This document shows positions 1 through 8,018 of a stretch of 64,000 bases of DNA, piece after piece; position 1 is the stretch's first letter; the number at the start of each line of letters is the position of its first letter. The stretch is taken from the NCBI GenBank assembly GCA_027365725.1, contig DAHXMA010000012.1, positions 50,488 through 114,487 of the forward strand, given 5' to 3'. This DNA is from Candidatus Micrarchaeota archaeon (GTDB taxonomy: Archaea; Micrarchaeota; Micrarchaeia; Micrarchaeales; CABMGC01). The notes under the pieces were generated by a model. The model was not told where the DNA came from. It saw only the letters and a list, made by a program, of their open reading frames with translations, and searched no databases. Position numbers and translations under genes: made by a program.

Positions 1-1
1 T

Positions 2-232
2 GAGCCGTGGAAGCTTGCCGATGTTGACGAGCGCGCGGCTCGCGAAGTGCTATTTGCATGCGCAACCCTATGCAGGATGATAGGCATACTCGTATACCCA
101 TTCATGCCTGGTGCTGCCGAGAGGATGCTCGGATACATAGGCGAAAAGCCGTCTGGCTATGGCAAGGCGGTGGAAATACCGGCAAGCTTTAGCATAAAGG
201 AGCACGGGATACTGTTCAAGAAGATCGAGTAG
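2..232 (+). CDS. metG: Methionyl-tRNA synthetase, C-terminal fragment (5' part outside window)
   Basis: Frame is open from the window edge to TAG at 230-232. EPWKLADVDERAAREVLFACATLCRMIGILVYPFMPGAAERMLGYIG resembles the end of the class I MetRS anticodon-binding domain (PWKL...L.PFMP). Confidence 0.6.
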   Translation, partial: EPWKLADVDERAAREVLFACATLCRMIGILVYPFMPGAAERMLGYIGEKPSGYGKAVEIPASFSIKEHGILFKKIE

Positions 233-293
233 GCATGCCGGTTGGCCGCCAGTAATAGAGCCATATTTTTATACCTTGGGCACCAATCAATAA

Positions 294-345
294 GTGTGAT
301 GATCGAGAACTGTCTGATCCGTGATGACGATCTTGAGTGCTGATC
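294..345 (+). ncRNA. C/D box sRNA (2'-O-methylation guide)
   Basis: C box GTGATGA 296-302; 11-nt guide TCGAGAACTGT 303-313; D' box CTGA 314-317; 3-nt spacer; C' box GTGATGA 321-327; 12-nt guide CGATCTTGAGTG 328-339; D box CTGA 340-343. This is the canonical archaeal C-guide-D'-C'-guide-D layout. Exact ends are not determinable. Confidence 0.8.
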
Positions 346-348
346 TGC

Positions 349-570
349 ATGGGTACTATATCTAGAAGTGCCATAAGGAAGCTGGTAAAGAAGCATTTTG
401 ATGTTAATATCACCGAAGATGGGGCAGAGGAGATAGCCAAGATACTTGAGATCGAAGCCTCTAAAATATCTGATTTTGCGGTAAGGAACTCCAAGAAAAG
501 CGGGACCGGAAAGGTGACCAAGAAGGACATACGCGAATACGTAATAAAGGGCGGGGAATGGAAAGCGTAA
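349..570 (+). CDS. Archaeal histone (histone-fold DNA-binding protein)
   Basis: 73 aa from ATG 349. ISRSAIRKLVKK...ITEDGAEEIAKILEIEASKISDFAVRNSKKSGTGKVTKKDIREYV follows the HMf-type pattern (loop1-alpha2-...-RKT(v)..DI). The ORF-track GTG at 337 lies inside the sRNA guide. Confidence 0.75.
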   Translation: MGTISRSAIRKLVKKHFDVNITEDGAEEIAKILEIEASKISDFAVRNSKKSGTGKVTKKDIREYVIKGGEWKA

Positions 571-1112
571 TGCTGCATTTAAGCAGCTGCGGCAGGGTTT
601 TTACTGGGCTTTATCACAGGGAGAAGGATAAGTTCTTTTGCCTTGCTGAGCCAACGTCGTCTGGAGTCCTTGTTACGGAATTTAATTCTGAGGGGGAAGT
701 AGTGAATCAGGCATATGGCAGCAATGTAGATGCGCGCGGGTGTGTGGAAGGATATGTTGGGACAGGGATACAGTACATTGAAGTGAAGGCAGAATACCGC
801 GGAATCGTGATGAACGCAAAGTGCAGGAACTGCGGCGGAACTGGGCTTGTGCGGGAGCTTGACACGCACAAACTCTCTGAGATAAGAGATGTGCCTGTTG
901 TGCCCCTCTTTTTGTGCTCCTCATGCAAAAGCGCACACTATTCCCTTACTGATGCGTATCTGAGGAAACTCGTGGAATCGAACCGGGACCTTTTCGAAGC
1001 TGATGAGCTTGCTGGAATTTCCGCAGATATGAATGGGTCCATAAATACGCTGCAGGAGTACATAATAAGAATTTTTGCTTCCAAGAAGATTAGCAGGGCA
1101 ACGCCAAGATGA
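558..1112 (+). CDS. Hypothetical protein with CxxCGGTG / CxxC zinc-ribbon-like motifs
   Basis: 184-aa ORF with CRNCGGTGLV ... CSSCKSAH. An alternative ATG at 570 overlaps the histone stop (TAATG). No family recognised. Confidence 0.5.
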   Translation: MESVMLHLSSCGRVFTGLYHREKDKFFCLAEPTSSGVLVTEFNSEGEVVNQAYGSNVDARGCVEGYVGTGIQYIEVKAEYRGIVMNAKCRNCGGTGLVRELDTHKLSEIRDVPVVPLFLCSSCKSAHYSLTDAYLRKLVESNRDLFEADELAGISADMNGSINTLQEYIIRIFASKKISRATPR

Positions 1113-1116
1113 TCTT

Positions 1117-1368
1117 ATGCCTATAAACATATCTGAGCTTTACAACAAGAAGGTGCTAACCATGGGAGGCAGGATGCTTGGGGAGGTTAAGGGAGTGATG
1201 CTTAATATTGATAAGGGTGAGGTGTCGCATCTCCTGCTTAACAATGTGGAAATGCTTACCAGAAGCAGCAATGTGAGGGAAAACTTCATAAAAAACAGTG
1301 TAGCCTTCAGCAGGGTAAGGCGCGTATCCGAAACCATAGTGGTAAGCGAGATTCAGGATGCAAAGTAG
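1117..1368 (+). CDS. PRC-barrel domain protein
   Basis: MPINISELYNKKVLTMGGRMLGEVKGVMLNIDKGEVSHLLLNN is typical of small archaeal PRC-barrel proteins. ATG 1117 is preferred over the upstream ORF-track start. A paralog lies at 41427-41705. Confidence 0.6.
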   Translation: MPINISELYNKKVLTMGGRMLGEVKGVMLNIDKGEVSHLLLNNVEMLTRSSNVRENFIKNSVAFSRVRRVSETIVVSEIQDAK

Positions 1369-1385
1369 TATTTGCGCCTTTCATT

Positions 1386-1517
1386 TCAGCTTGTTGACAC
1401 TTCCTTTGATACAGAAGACCTTTTCTTTGCAAGCACCCTGTAACCGCAGTACTGGCATCTTATGAATTTGTCCAGGGATTTCGCTTCCCTTCCGCAGTGT
1501 AGGCATATGTAAGGCAT
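1386..1517 (-). CDS. rpoP: DNA-directed RNA polymerase subunit P (Rpo12/RpoP)
   Basis: 43-aa ORF below the ORF-track cutoff, translated by hand: MPYICLHCGREAKSLDKFIRCQYCGYRVLAKKRSSVSKEVSTS. It has the CxxC...CxxCG zinc ribbon followed by the R.L.K.R pattern of RpoP. It starts 5 nt after the upstream gene, downstream of L37ae as in many archaea. Confidence 0.7.
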   Translation of the reverse strand: MPYICLHCGREAKSLDKFIRCQYCGYRVLAKKRSSVSKEVSTS

Positions 1518-1521
1518 ATAA

Positions 1522-1887
1522 TCACTTGTTTTTAATATTTGACTTGAGCCACTTTGCAAGCTCCTGGTGTATGTTTGAAAAGCTTGTGTCTATCACGCGT
1601 ATGTTCATCCTCTGCTTAAACTCTTCCTCGTCAAGCATGAGCACCGGCGCGTATTCTGGCATGCGAGTGTAATGTACCTCGAGCCAGTGTATCTTTCCCC
1701 TTAGGTAGTCCCTGGCAACCTCATCGGTCATCGGCATGGATGAGAAGCTGAACAGTATTCCGTTTACCCAGTACAATGGCATTGTGCCTGCAGGGGTTAT
1801 CCTTTCCCTTAGCAGGTCGTCGCGGTTTATCTCCACTATTTCGTGGATTATGAGCTCTTCCGCAGGTGCGTATGTAATCTTTGCCAT
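1522..1887 (-). CDS. Conserved-looking hypothetical protein (121 aa) between L37ae and rpoP
   Basis: The likely start is MAKITYAPAEELIIHEIVE..., because the ORF-track start would overlap L37ae. It is tightly packed in the L37ae-rpoP operon. I recognise no family and see no obvious similarity to the Brix/IMP4 proteins that often occupy this slot. Confidence 0.5.
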   Translation of the reverse strand: MAKITYAPAEELIIHEIVEINRDDLLRERITPAGTMPLYWVNGILFSFSSMPMTDEVARDYLRGKIHWLEVHYTRMPEYAPVLMLDEEEFKQRMNIRVIDTSFSNIHQELAKWLKSNIKNK

Positions 1888-1894
1888 GCCAAAT

Positions 1895-2131
1895 CTACCT
1901 TGAAAGCAGCCTTGATACGGTCTCTCCTGCCGTAGTCTTAAAAGTATATGCGCCTCCAGCGAATGTCGAATTGCAGTGCCTGCAGCGCCATATTCCATTC
2001 ATTACCCTTTTTACAGCGACTTTTCCGCATAGGTCGCACCTGTACCTGCGGCGCTTGTCCGCGCCTACCGCAAGGAACCTCTTCCTGAGGCTGACTCCAT
2101 ATCTCACGTTGAAATTTGCCAAATCACTCAC
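1895..2131 (-). CDS. rpl37ae: Ribosomal protein L37Ae (eL43)
   Basis: RYGVSLRKR...YRCDLCGK..VKRV..GIWRCRHCNSTFAGGAY is the eL43 zinc ribbon. Confidence 0.9.
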   Translation of the reverse strand: MSDLANFNVRYGVSLRKRFLAVGADKRRRYRCDLCGKVAVKRVMNGIWRCRHCNSTFAGGAYTFKTTAGETVSRLLSR

Positions 2132-2918
2132 CTTTTATATTCTCGATATGCTTCCTTAGCTCTGTTGACTTGCTAAATGTTATGTCGATTAGGTTTTCTA
2201 TATCTTTCGGGGAAAATGACCCTGAAAGTCCTTTTTGCATTGCCCTGACGGCGTCCTTGTCATTTGATATGGTTAGCCTGGATGCCATGAAGAGCTCTTC
2301 GTTTCCGTCAGGATCGAGCACTATGCTTTCACCTATCTTTGCGAAAGTGCATGAGGTTATCATGTTGTTTGTCTTAAGCCTTCCAAGGTTCCCTTCCCTG
2401 ATGACTTTTCCGTCTTCGTATTTTGGCATTCTTGCGGTGGAAAGGGCCGCGACTGCTGCAAGTGTGCATGCATCGAACATGTTCCCATCGTAGTTTAGTA
2501 TGTATGCGTCTATGAAAAGGTCCCACACTTTTTCTTCCTCTAAAAACAGCGCCTTTGTGTCTATTATGCCTGATGCGCGTATGCCTCGGTCTGTGACCCT
2601 TGCAAGCTCTATGGCTTCTGGCGAAGGAGGGCCCATCTCAAAGCTTTCAGATGCTATAGGCAGCAGCTCTGCGGAAGTTATTATATTGCCCTCGTTTGGC
2701 TTGTCTGGCATTGGAGAGCCTATTCCAAGTTTTACTCCCACAAGTACCTTTGTTGAGCCTATTGTTACTTCTGCAGAGCCTTCGGCATTGGGAATCGTGC
2801 CGTGAGATATGCTTATCTGCCTGTAGTCGTTTGTGTCCCTGCCGTCCTCCCTGCGGCCTGAAGCTATTAGGTCGTGGATGTAGTTCTCGGTTACTGTGCT
2901 TATTTGCATGGAAATCAT
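2124..2918 (-). CDS. rrp42: Exosome complex component Rrp42 (RNase PH-like, non-catalytic)
   Basis: RNase PH fold sequence (REDGRDTNDYRQISI...GSAEVTIGSTKVLVGVK). ATGA overlap with the rrp41 stop at 2915-2918. Canonical rrp4-rrp41-rrp42 order. Confidence 0.85.
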   Translation of the reverse strand: MISMQISTVTENYIHDLIASGRREDGRDTNDYRQISISHGTIPNAEGSAEVTIGSTKVLVGVKLGIGSPMPDKPNEGNIITSAELLPIASESFEMGPPSPEAIELARVTDRGIRASGIIDTKALFLEEEKVWDLFIDAYILNYDGNMFDACTLAAVAALSTARMPKYEDGKVIREGNLGRLKTNNMITSCTFAKIGESIVLDPDGNEELFMASRLTISNDKDAVRAMQKGLSGSFSPKDIENLIDITFSKSTELRKHIENIKGE

Positions 2919-3655
2919 ATCTTATATTTTTCAAGCGTGCGCTCATAGGACAGCTTTAGAGCTGCCTTTTGTATATCGGATATCTTCTGTCCTGCCTTCT
3001 TCGCCATTTCAATGGCTCTTTTTATCTCTTCCTTTGTCATGTTTCCGTCCATCTGAAGCAGCAGTATGTCGCCTGTACGCGGGCTTATGGACAGTGGCAA
3101 GTCTGCGTCTGAATAGTTGTCTTCGATCTTGTTCATGTCAAGCACAAGTTCGCTGCCGACCTTTCCTACAGAGACGGCATAGGGTATGTCTGACATCGGA
3201 ATCCCTGAAGAAGCAAGGGCCACGGCAGCTGCGGTTATTCCGGCCGCCCTTGTGCCGCCGTCTGCCTGAAGCACGTCTATGAAAAGATCTATCTCGCTTC
3301 CTGGAAACTGCTCTAAAAGCATCACGTTCTCAAACGTCTCCTTTGTGACTTTTGATATCTCGGTTGACCTCCTGTTCGGACCAGTGCGCCCGTGCTCTTC
3401 TAAGGATGAGAAAGGTGACATCGCATATCTGCATTTTATTATGGCTCTCTCTGGGTCTGAGACGTGCTTTGGAAGCGCCTCTTTCGGCCCGTATACGCCA
3501 GCAAGTATCTTATTGTTTCCCCATTCTATGTAAGCGGATCCGATAGCATTCTTTATCACCTTTGCCTCTATGCGTATGTCCCTTAGCTCGTCCATTCCCC
3601 TGCCGTCTAGGCGCTTGCCGTTTATTATTAGCTCTGGTTTGTCGCTTCCTGACAT
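2915..3655 (-). CDS. rrp41: Exosome complex exonuclease Rrp41 (RNase PH)
   Basis: RLDGRGMDELRDIRIEAKV...GSAYIEWGNNKILAGVYGP...DVLQADGGTRAAGITAA is typical of Rrp41. Confidence 0.9.
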   Translation of the reverse strand: MSGSDKPELIINGKRLDGRGMDELRDIRIEAKVIKNAIGSAYIEWGNNKILAGVYGPKEALPKHVSDPERAIIKCRYAMSPFSSLEEHGRTGPNRRSTEISKVTKETFENVMLLEQFPGSEIDLFIDVLQADGGTRAAGITAAAVALASSGIPMSDIPYAVSVGKVGSELVLDMNKIEDNYSDADLPLSISPRTGDILLLQMDGNMTKEEIKRAIEMAKKAGQKISDIQKAALKLSYERTLEKYKI

Positions 3656-3656
3656 A

Positions 3657-4271
3657 TCATTTCACCTGATTGGATGGATCTGCACCAAGCATCGTCTTGA
3701 TCCGCTCTGTAAGTCCGTGGGTGTGGGCTTCGTCCTGTATCTTTAATATCGCATCTGTGGCAAGGTCTATGTTGCCGCCTTTAAGCCATATGACGCCGTT
3801 GAGCCCAACAGAAATCGTTGTCTTTGTGCCATCCATTATCTGTTTGAGCATTGAATTGCCCTTGCCGATTATTCTTGGGATTTTTGATGAGCTTACGGCC
3901 ATTAGCTTGCCGCCATTAAGCTTCATTGGCTTAAGCAGCATTACCGTGCCTCCTTTCTCAAGCTCCTTGACCGTGGCTGATACGATGTCCCCTACAGAAA
4001 GGTCTGTATCTATGAATTTCGTTAGTGCAAGTCCCTTGTAAGGTGAGTTAAGATTTATTACGTATATATTTGCTTTCTCCTCCTCGACGATGCCAATTAC
4101 GCTGTCCCCATGCCTTGGCTGCCATAAGCCCTCAAGAGGTATGACTGTCTTATGCTCTTCGTCAAAATATCCTAGCACACATGCGTATGTGCCGTTCTTG
4201 TCGGAGATGGTATTCTCTATCCTGATTGGGGTATTTACCAATTTTTCTCCAGGTACAACTATTCTCTGCAT
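3657..4271 (-). CDS. rrp4: Exosome RNA-binding subunit Rrp4 (S1 + KH)
   Basis: Start taken at MQRIVVPGEKL, because the upstream extension overlaps the SBDS gene. S1-like GDSVIGIV and KH IPRIIGKGNSMLKQI. Confidence 0.85.
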   Translation of the reverse strand: MQRIVVPGEKLVNTPIRIENTISDKNGTYACVLGYFDEEHKTVIPLEGLWQPRHGDSVIGIVEEEKANIYVINLNSPYKGLALTKFIDTDLSVGDIVSATVKELEKGGTVMLLKPMKLNGGKLMAVSSSKIPRIIGKGNSMLKQIMDGTKTTISVGLNGVIWLKGGNIDLATDAILKIQDEAHTHGLTERIKTMLGADPSNQVK

Positions 4272-4273
4272 TT

Positions 4274-4966
4274 TTACACCAGATTCCTTGATTGTGCGCT
4301 TCCTTTGGTGAAGTTGTTTAGTTTCTCGAAAAATTCCCCCTGCAGTCCTGCGGGGAACTCTAGAACCGCCTTCAATGCGCCGTTTGCCTGCCATTCTTCT
4401 GATTTTAGCCCGTATTGCTTGAGCATTCCGTAGCTTCTGTTGGCATATTCAGCAGGTATTACAACTTCCATCCTTGCTGTAGCAAACTTTATTGGAAGCA
4501 GCATATTTATCTTCTTTACTACTGCGTCAACCTGTTCGTTTGCTGTTTTAAAAGGGTCTATTGTGACTTTTGCTGTTTCCATTGCGTTTTCTATCCTTTG
4601 TATTGGATGCGGCGCGCCGGTGCGCGGATCTATGGAATTCCTTGCAATTATCTGTTCTATCTGCTTTCGCTTCTCCTCTGTAAGCTTCCTGTGCTGCTCT
4701 GTTGTTATTGGCACGTTGCCGTGCTTTAGTATGTATTCGGCTATTTTTGGTAGGTCTGTGGTAGCGAATATCTTTTTGAGTTTTTCTTGGCTTGGCTTCT
4801 CTCCTTTGTTTGCATTGGTAAACACTTCTTCTACCTGCAGCACAGACATCGCATCTGTGCGCTTGCCGGTTATGTACTCGTATGCCAGGTCGGAGTCAAC
4901 AAATATCTCGAAATGGTCCCCGCCGATTGAATATTTAGCTACTACCGTCTTTGCCATTTTATTCAC
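4274..4966 (-). CDS. sdo1: SBDS/Sdo1 family ribosome maturation protein
   Basis: VVAKYSIGGDHFEIFVDSDLAYEY... is the SBDS N-terminal FYSH pattern. Conserved position between rrp4 and psmA. Confidence 0.85.
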   Translation of the reverse strand: MNKMAKTVVAKYSIGGDHFEIFVDSDLAYEYITGKRTDAMSVLQVEEVFTNANKGEKPSQEKLKKIFATTDLPKIAEYILKHGNVPITTEQHRKLTEEKRKQIEQIIARNSIDPRTGAPHPIQRIENAMETAKVTIDPFKTANEQVDAVVKKINMLLPIKFATARMEVVIPAEYANRSYGMLKQYGLKSEEWQANGALKAVLEFPAGLQGEFFEKLNNFTKGSAQSRNLV

Positions 4967-4975
4967 AATGAAAAA

Positions 4976-5680
4976 TTAGAGATACGATTTTATCTTTTCT
5001 GGCTGAAGCACGACGAAGTCTTTGCCGTCTCGTATATAGCCTATGTCAACGTTTTCCTCGTTTATTGCAGTTTCGCTCGCCTTCTTTATTATCTTGAGCC
5101 CTAGTGCCATTGCGTCTTCAAAATTCATGTCCTGTTTGTAATCTTTCAGAAGCATTTCCGTTGCTGTTTTCTTGCCGCTGCCTATAGCATCTGCCCTGTA
5201 ACCAAGGAAAGACGCCCCAGGCTCGATTTCATACAGGCGTGGCTGGTCATCTATGCCGCCCAGAAGCAGGGATACGGCATAGGGACGCATGCCTCCAAAC
5301 TGCGTTGCCTGCATCATGTAGGCTGAAATGTTCTTTGCAAGAGATTCTATAGATTTCACTTCGTCAAAAACAAGCTTGTGGTTCTGCGTCTGGTTCCTTG
5401 CGGTGTCTATTATATGCAATCCGTCAGCAACCATGCCGCTGTACGTTGCGCCTATGCGTGAGTCTACCCTAAATACCTTTAGTATCGTTGACGGAACTGC
5501 CAATGGCTCGTTTATGTTCTTGTGGGCTACGAATATGACAGAATCGCTTGTTGTAAGCCCGACCGATGTGGCTCCTTTCCTCACGGCCTCCTTTGCGTAT
5601 TCTACCTGGAATAGCCTCCCGTCGGGGTTAAACATTACGCCTCTGTCATATGCTTGCACGTTTGGATACATAAATTGCAC
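4976..5680 (-). CDS. psmA: Proteasome subunit alpha
   Basis: YDRGVMFNPDGRLFQVEYAKEAVRKGATSVG is the hallmark N-terminus of the proteasome alpha subunit. The start may be the 4th codon (5671). Confidence 0.9.
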   Translation of the reverse strand: MQFMYPNVQAYDRGVMFNPDGRLFQVEYAKEAVRKGATSVGLTTSDSVIFVAHKNINEPLAVPSTILKVFRVDSRIGATYSGMVADGLHIIDTARNQTQNHKLVFDEVKSIESLAKNISAYMMQATQFGGMRPYAVSLLLGGIDDQPRLYEIEPGASFLGYRADAIGSGKKTATEMLLKDYKQDMNFEDAMALGLKIIKKASETAINEENVDIGYIRDGKDFVVLQPEKIKSYL

Positions 5681-6044
5681 CTTAATAATTAGAAAATTAT
5701 TACAATAATAATTATAAGCTCATCATAATTATATACTTTTGCTTTTGCAAGGGCAGGGTGATTTGAATACCTGGCTTTGAATTTGGGGATTTTGGTTAAC
5801 GCGCAGTCATGCAATGCGATTTCAAGCTTATGAAATGTGGGGGGCGTGTTTGCGGGTTTGTTGTTGCAAAACGGCTTTGCGGGGCGTACTGGCGTAGGGA
5901 CTAGAAAACTATATAAATAATGAGCATGTCATATCCTATGAACAATATTGCCTTACTGCAAGGTTGCCGCGGTTTGTGCTTCTGTTTTGTCTTGGGGTCA
6001 CAACGTTGAACGTAAGATATGCGCGGCTTTTGGAAGGCTTGGGA

Positions 6045-8018
6045 ATGCAGGAGCTGATAAAACTGCAGTGTGAAAAAGAGCTGGCGCTTAAGGAAAGCCT
6101 TGTTAAGACTGTATTTTATACCAACATAAAAAATGCGACAGACGTGCGCGCAGAAGACCTTCTAATAAACGGGAATGTGGTAGGCAAGGACGGCACACTT
6201 GTAGACTATATGGAAATATCAAACTTGCGCAGTGTCGCCAGAGTGCTTTCTGAGATTGGCAATAAAGAGATAGGAATTGAGGATATAAGTACTATTAGGG
6301 AGGCGCTACTTAAAGGGGTATACAGCCACGGAAAGTATCTTGGCGGGTTCAGGAGATACCGGCTGAGCGTTGGCACAATAATAACGCCTAAGGTCGATGA
6401 AATAGAGCAGGGGCTTAGGGGGCTAGTGGATTTGATCAACAAGGATTATGGATCAGGAGTGATGAACCTGCTCAATGCTATTGAATTCAACGCAAAATTC
6501 CTAGAGGTGCATCCTTTTGAAGATGGCGATGGACGAACGGCGCGGCTGCTGATGAATAATTACCTGATAGGCAGGGGCGTAAAGCCGGTGCATGTGTCTG
6601 CCGACGTTGAGCAGATATGGCCCGAGTGCCTGAGCGCTTATTACCTGAGCAGGGCCACAGGGCCTTACATGATTTCTGCAATAATGAATGTGATAGGGAA
6701 GGCAGGCATGGAAACGCTTGCAGATAGGGCTTTGGGTCTGGATAAAGACGACGCATATGAACTGTCATTGCGGACACTAATCCTTTCGTGCACAGGGGAT
6801 ATTGATTCCGTGGAGCTTAAAAGTGACGTGGAAAAAATGTACCGGCTTGGGCGCGGGCTTAAGGACAGGGAGATAGTTGGCAGTGCTTTGTGGATAGGCG
6901 CTCGCAATGGCTTTGGCGGGAAGATTGCCGCAGATGCATGCAAATCTGAAGATCCGATGGTGCGCGCAATGGGAGTTTACGCGGAAAGCTGCCTTGACTT
7001 TTCCAGATATAGGAAAAGCATTTTACATGCAGCATTTGCAGACCCAGAAGAGCGAGTGCGTATGGTTGCCGTGGCGCAGCTAGGCAACAACGGCGCACTT
7101 GGCGCTGGTGTTTTGAAGGATATAATTAAAAATGAGGAAAGCGAGCTCGTGCTTTTAGCTGCATCGAAATTTGCAGTAAAAACGTCAGAGCATAAAGGTA
7201 TGGTTGATATTGCGGAGGCGTTGATATCCTCGGGGAAGCATGAGCTTAGGGTAAGGGGGCATATACTAATGGCAGTTCATGCTGACAGCTCGTATTTGGC
7301 CAATATTATAGAAAATCGCCTGGGCTCTGAACCGGAAGAGATACGCAAGGGAGTTATAATAGAGCTGGGAAGGTGCGAAAGGCTAAATGACCAGTGCATA
7401 GCAGAGGCGCTGATCAAGGCGGCGCAGGAAGACAGGGTTATGCGGGAGTCTTTGCTTGGAGAGCTGATAGTAAGCAAAAACGTAAGCCGCGCGTATGAGC
7501 GGCTTTTTGACTGGATAATCTGCAGGGGTGACGGAGACGGAGTTGATGGATTTGGCAGGGCATATGCAGTGTACATGCTGGGGGAAAAGGCAGGCTATAG
7601 CGGCATAGAAGAGGCCGTCGGAAAGAGGGGCAGGGGGCTTGAGGGGTTTGAGCAGTTTGCTGGGGACCTTGTAAAATTAAGGGATACGGGCAGTACCAAT
7701 TGGCCTGAAGATGCGATTAAGGTGATATCAAGGCCAGGGAATGATATGGCGTTTGCCTGCCTTACTGAACTAGGCATTGTTTTAAGGCAGGGGGGAATGA
7801 ATTTGCTAAATGACGTAAATTCGAATGCAATCGTTGAGGCTGTCAGGAGGCTTGAATTAAGAGCAGAACGCAGGGGAAGCAAAACTGATGTGGTTGATTT
7901 AGTAATAATCGCGCGTGCACTGGAGCTTGGAATTGAAGAAAGGCGCAGGGAAAGAGTAGGTGTGCCTGTGCTAGGTGAAAGAAAGGAGAGAATTGCCCAT
8001 GGAGTTGCAGGTAGATAG
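6045..8018 (+). CDS. Fic (Fido) domain protein fused to C-terminal HEAT-like repeats
   Basis: Fic core motif HPFEDGDGRTAR at nt 6510-6545, a variant of HxFx(D/E)GNGRxxR with N replaced by D. The C-terminal ~400 aa carries repeated DPxxRxxxVxxLG-type HEAT/PBS-lyase-like units (DPMVRAMGVYAE, DPEERVRMVAVAQLG, EPEEIRKGVIIELG). Start is uncertain (TTG 5964 to ATG 6045). Confidence 0.8.
   Translation: MQELIKLQCEKELALKESLVKTVFYTNIKNATDVRAEDLLINGNVVGKDGTLVDYMEISNLRSVARVLSEIGNKEIGIEDISTIREALLKGVYSHGKYLGGFRRYRLSVGTIITPKVDEIEQGLRGLVDLINKDYGSGVMNLLNAIEFNAKFLEVHPFEDGDGRTARLLMNNYLIGRGVKPVHVSADVEQIWPECLSAYYLSRATGPYMISAIMNVIGKAGMETLADRALGLDKDDAYELSLRTLILSCTGDIDSVELKSDVEKMYRLGRGLKDREIVGSALWIGARNGFGGKIAADACKSEDPMVRAMGVYAESCLDFSRYRKSILHAAFADPEERVRMVAVAQLGNNGALGAGVLKDIIKNEESELVLLAASKFAVKTSEHKGMVDIAEALISSGKHELRVRGHILMAVHADSSYLANIIENRLGSEPEEIRKGVIIELGRCERLNDQCIAEALIKAAQEDRVMRESLLGELIVSKNVSRAYERLFDWIICRGDGDGVDGFGRAYAVYMLGEKAGYSGIEEAVGKRGRGLEGFEQFAGDLVKLRDTGSTNWPEDAIKVISRPGNDMAFACLTELGIVLRQGGMNLLNDVNSNAIVEAVRRLELRAERRGSKTDVVDLVIIARALELGIEERRRERVGVPVLGERKERIAHGVAGR

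Noticed and set aside
5964-6044. TTG-initiated N-terminal extension of the Fic ORF (MPRFVLLFCLGVTT...), which could be read as a signal peptide.
   Set aside because: The hydrophobic stretch is short and depends on a non-ATG start. The first ATG (6045, MQELIKLQ...) gives a normal Fic N-terminus. Left unresolved rather than claimed.
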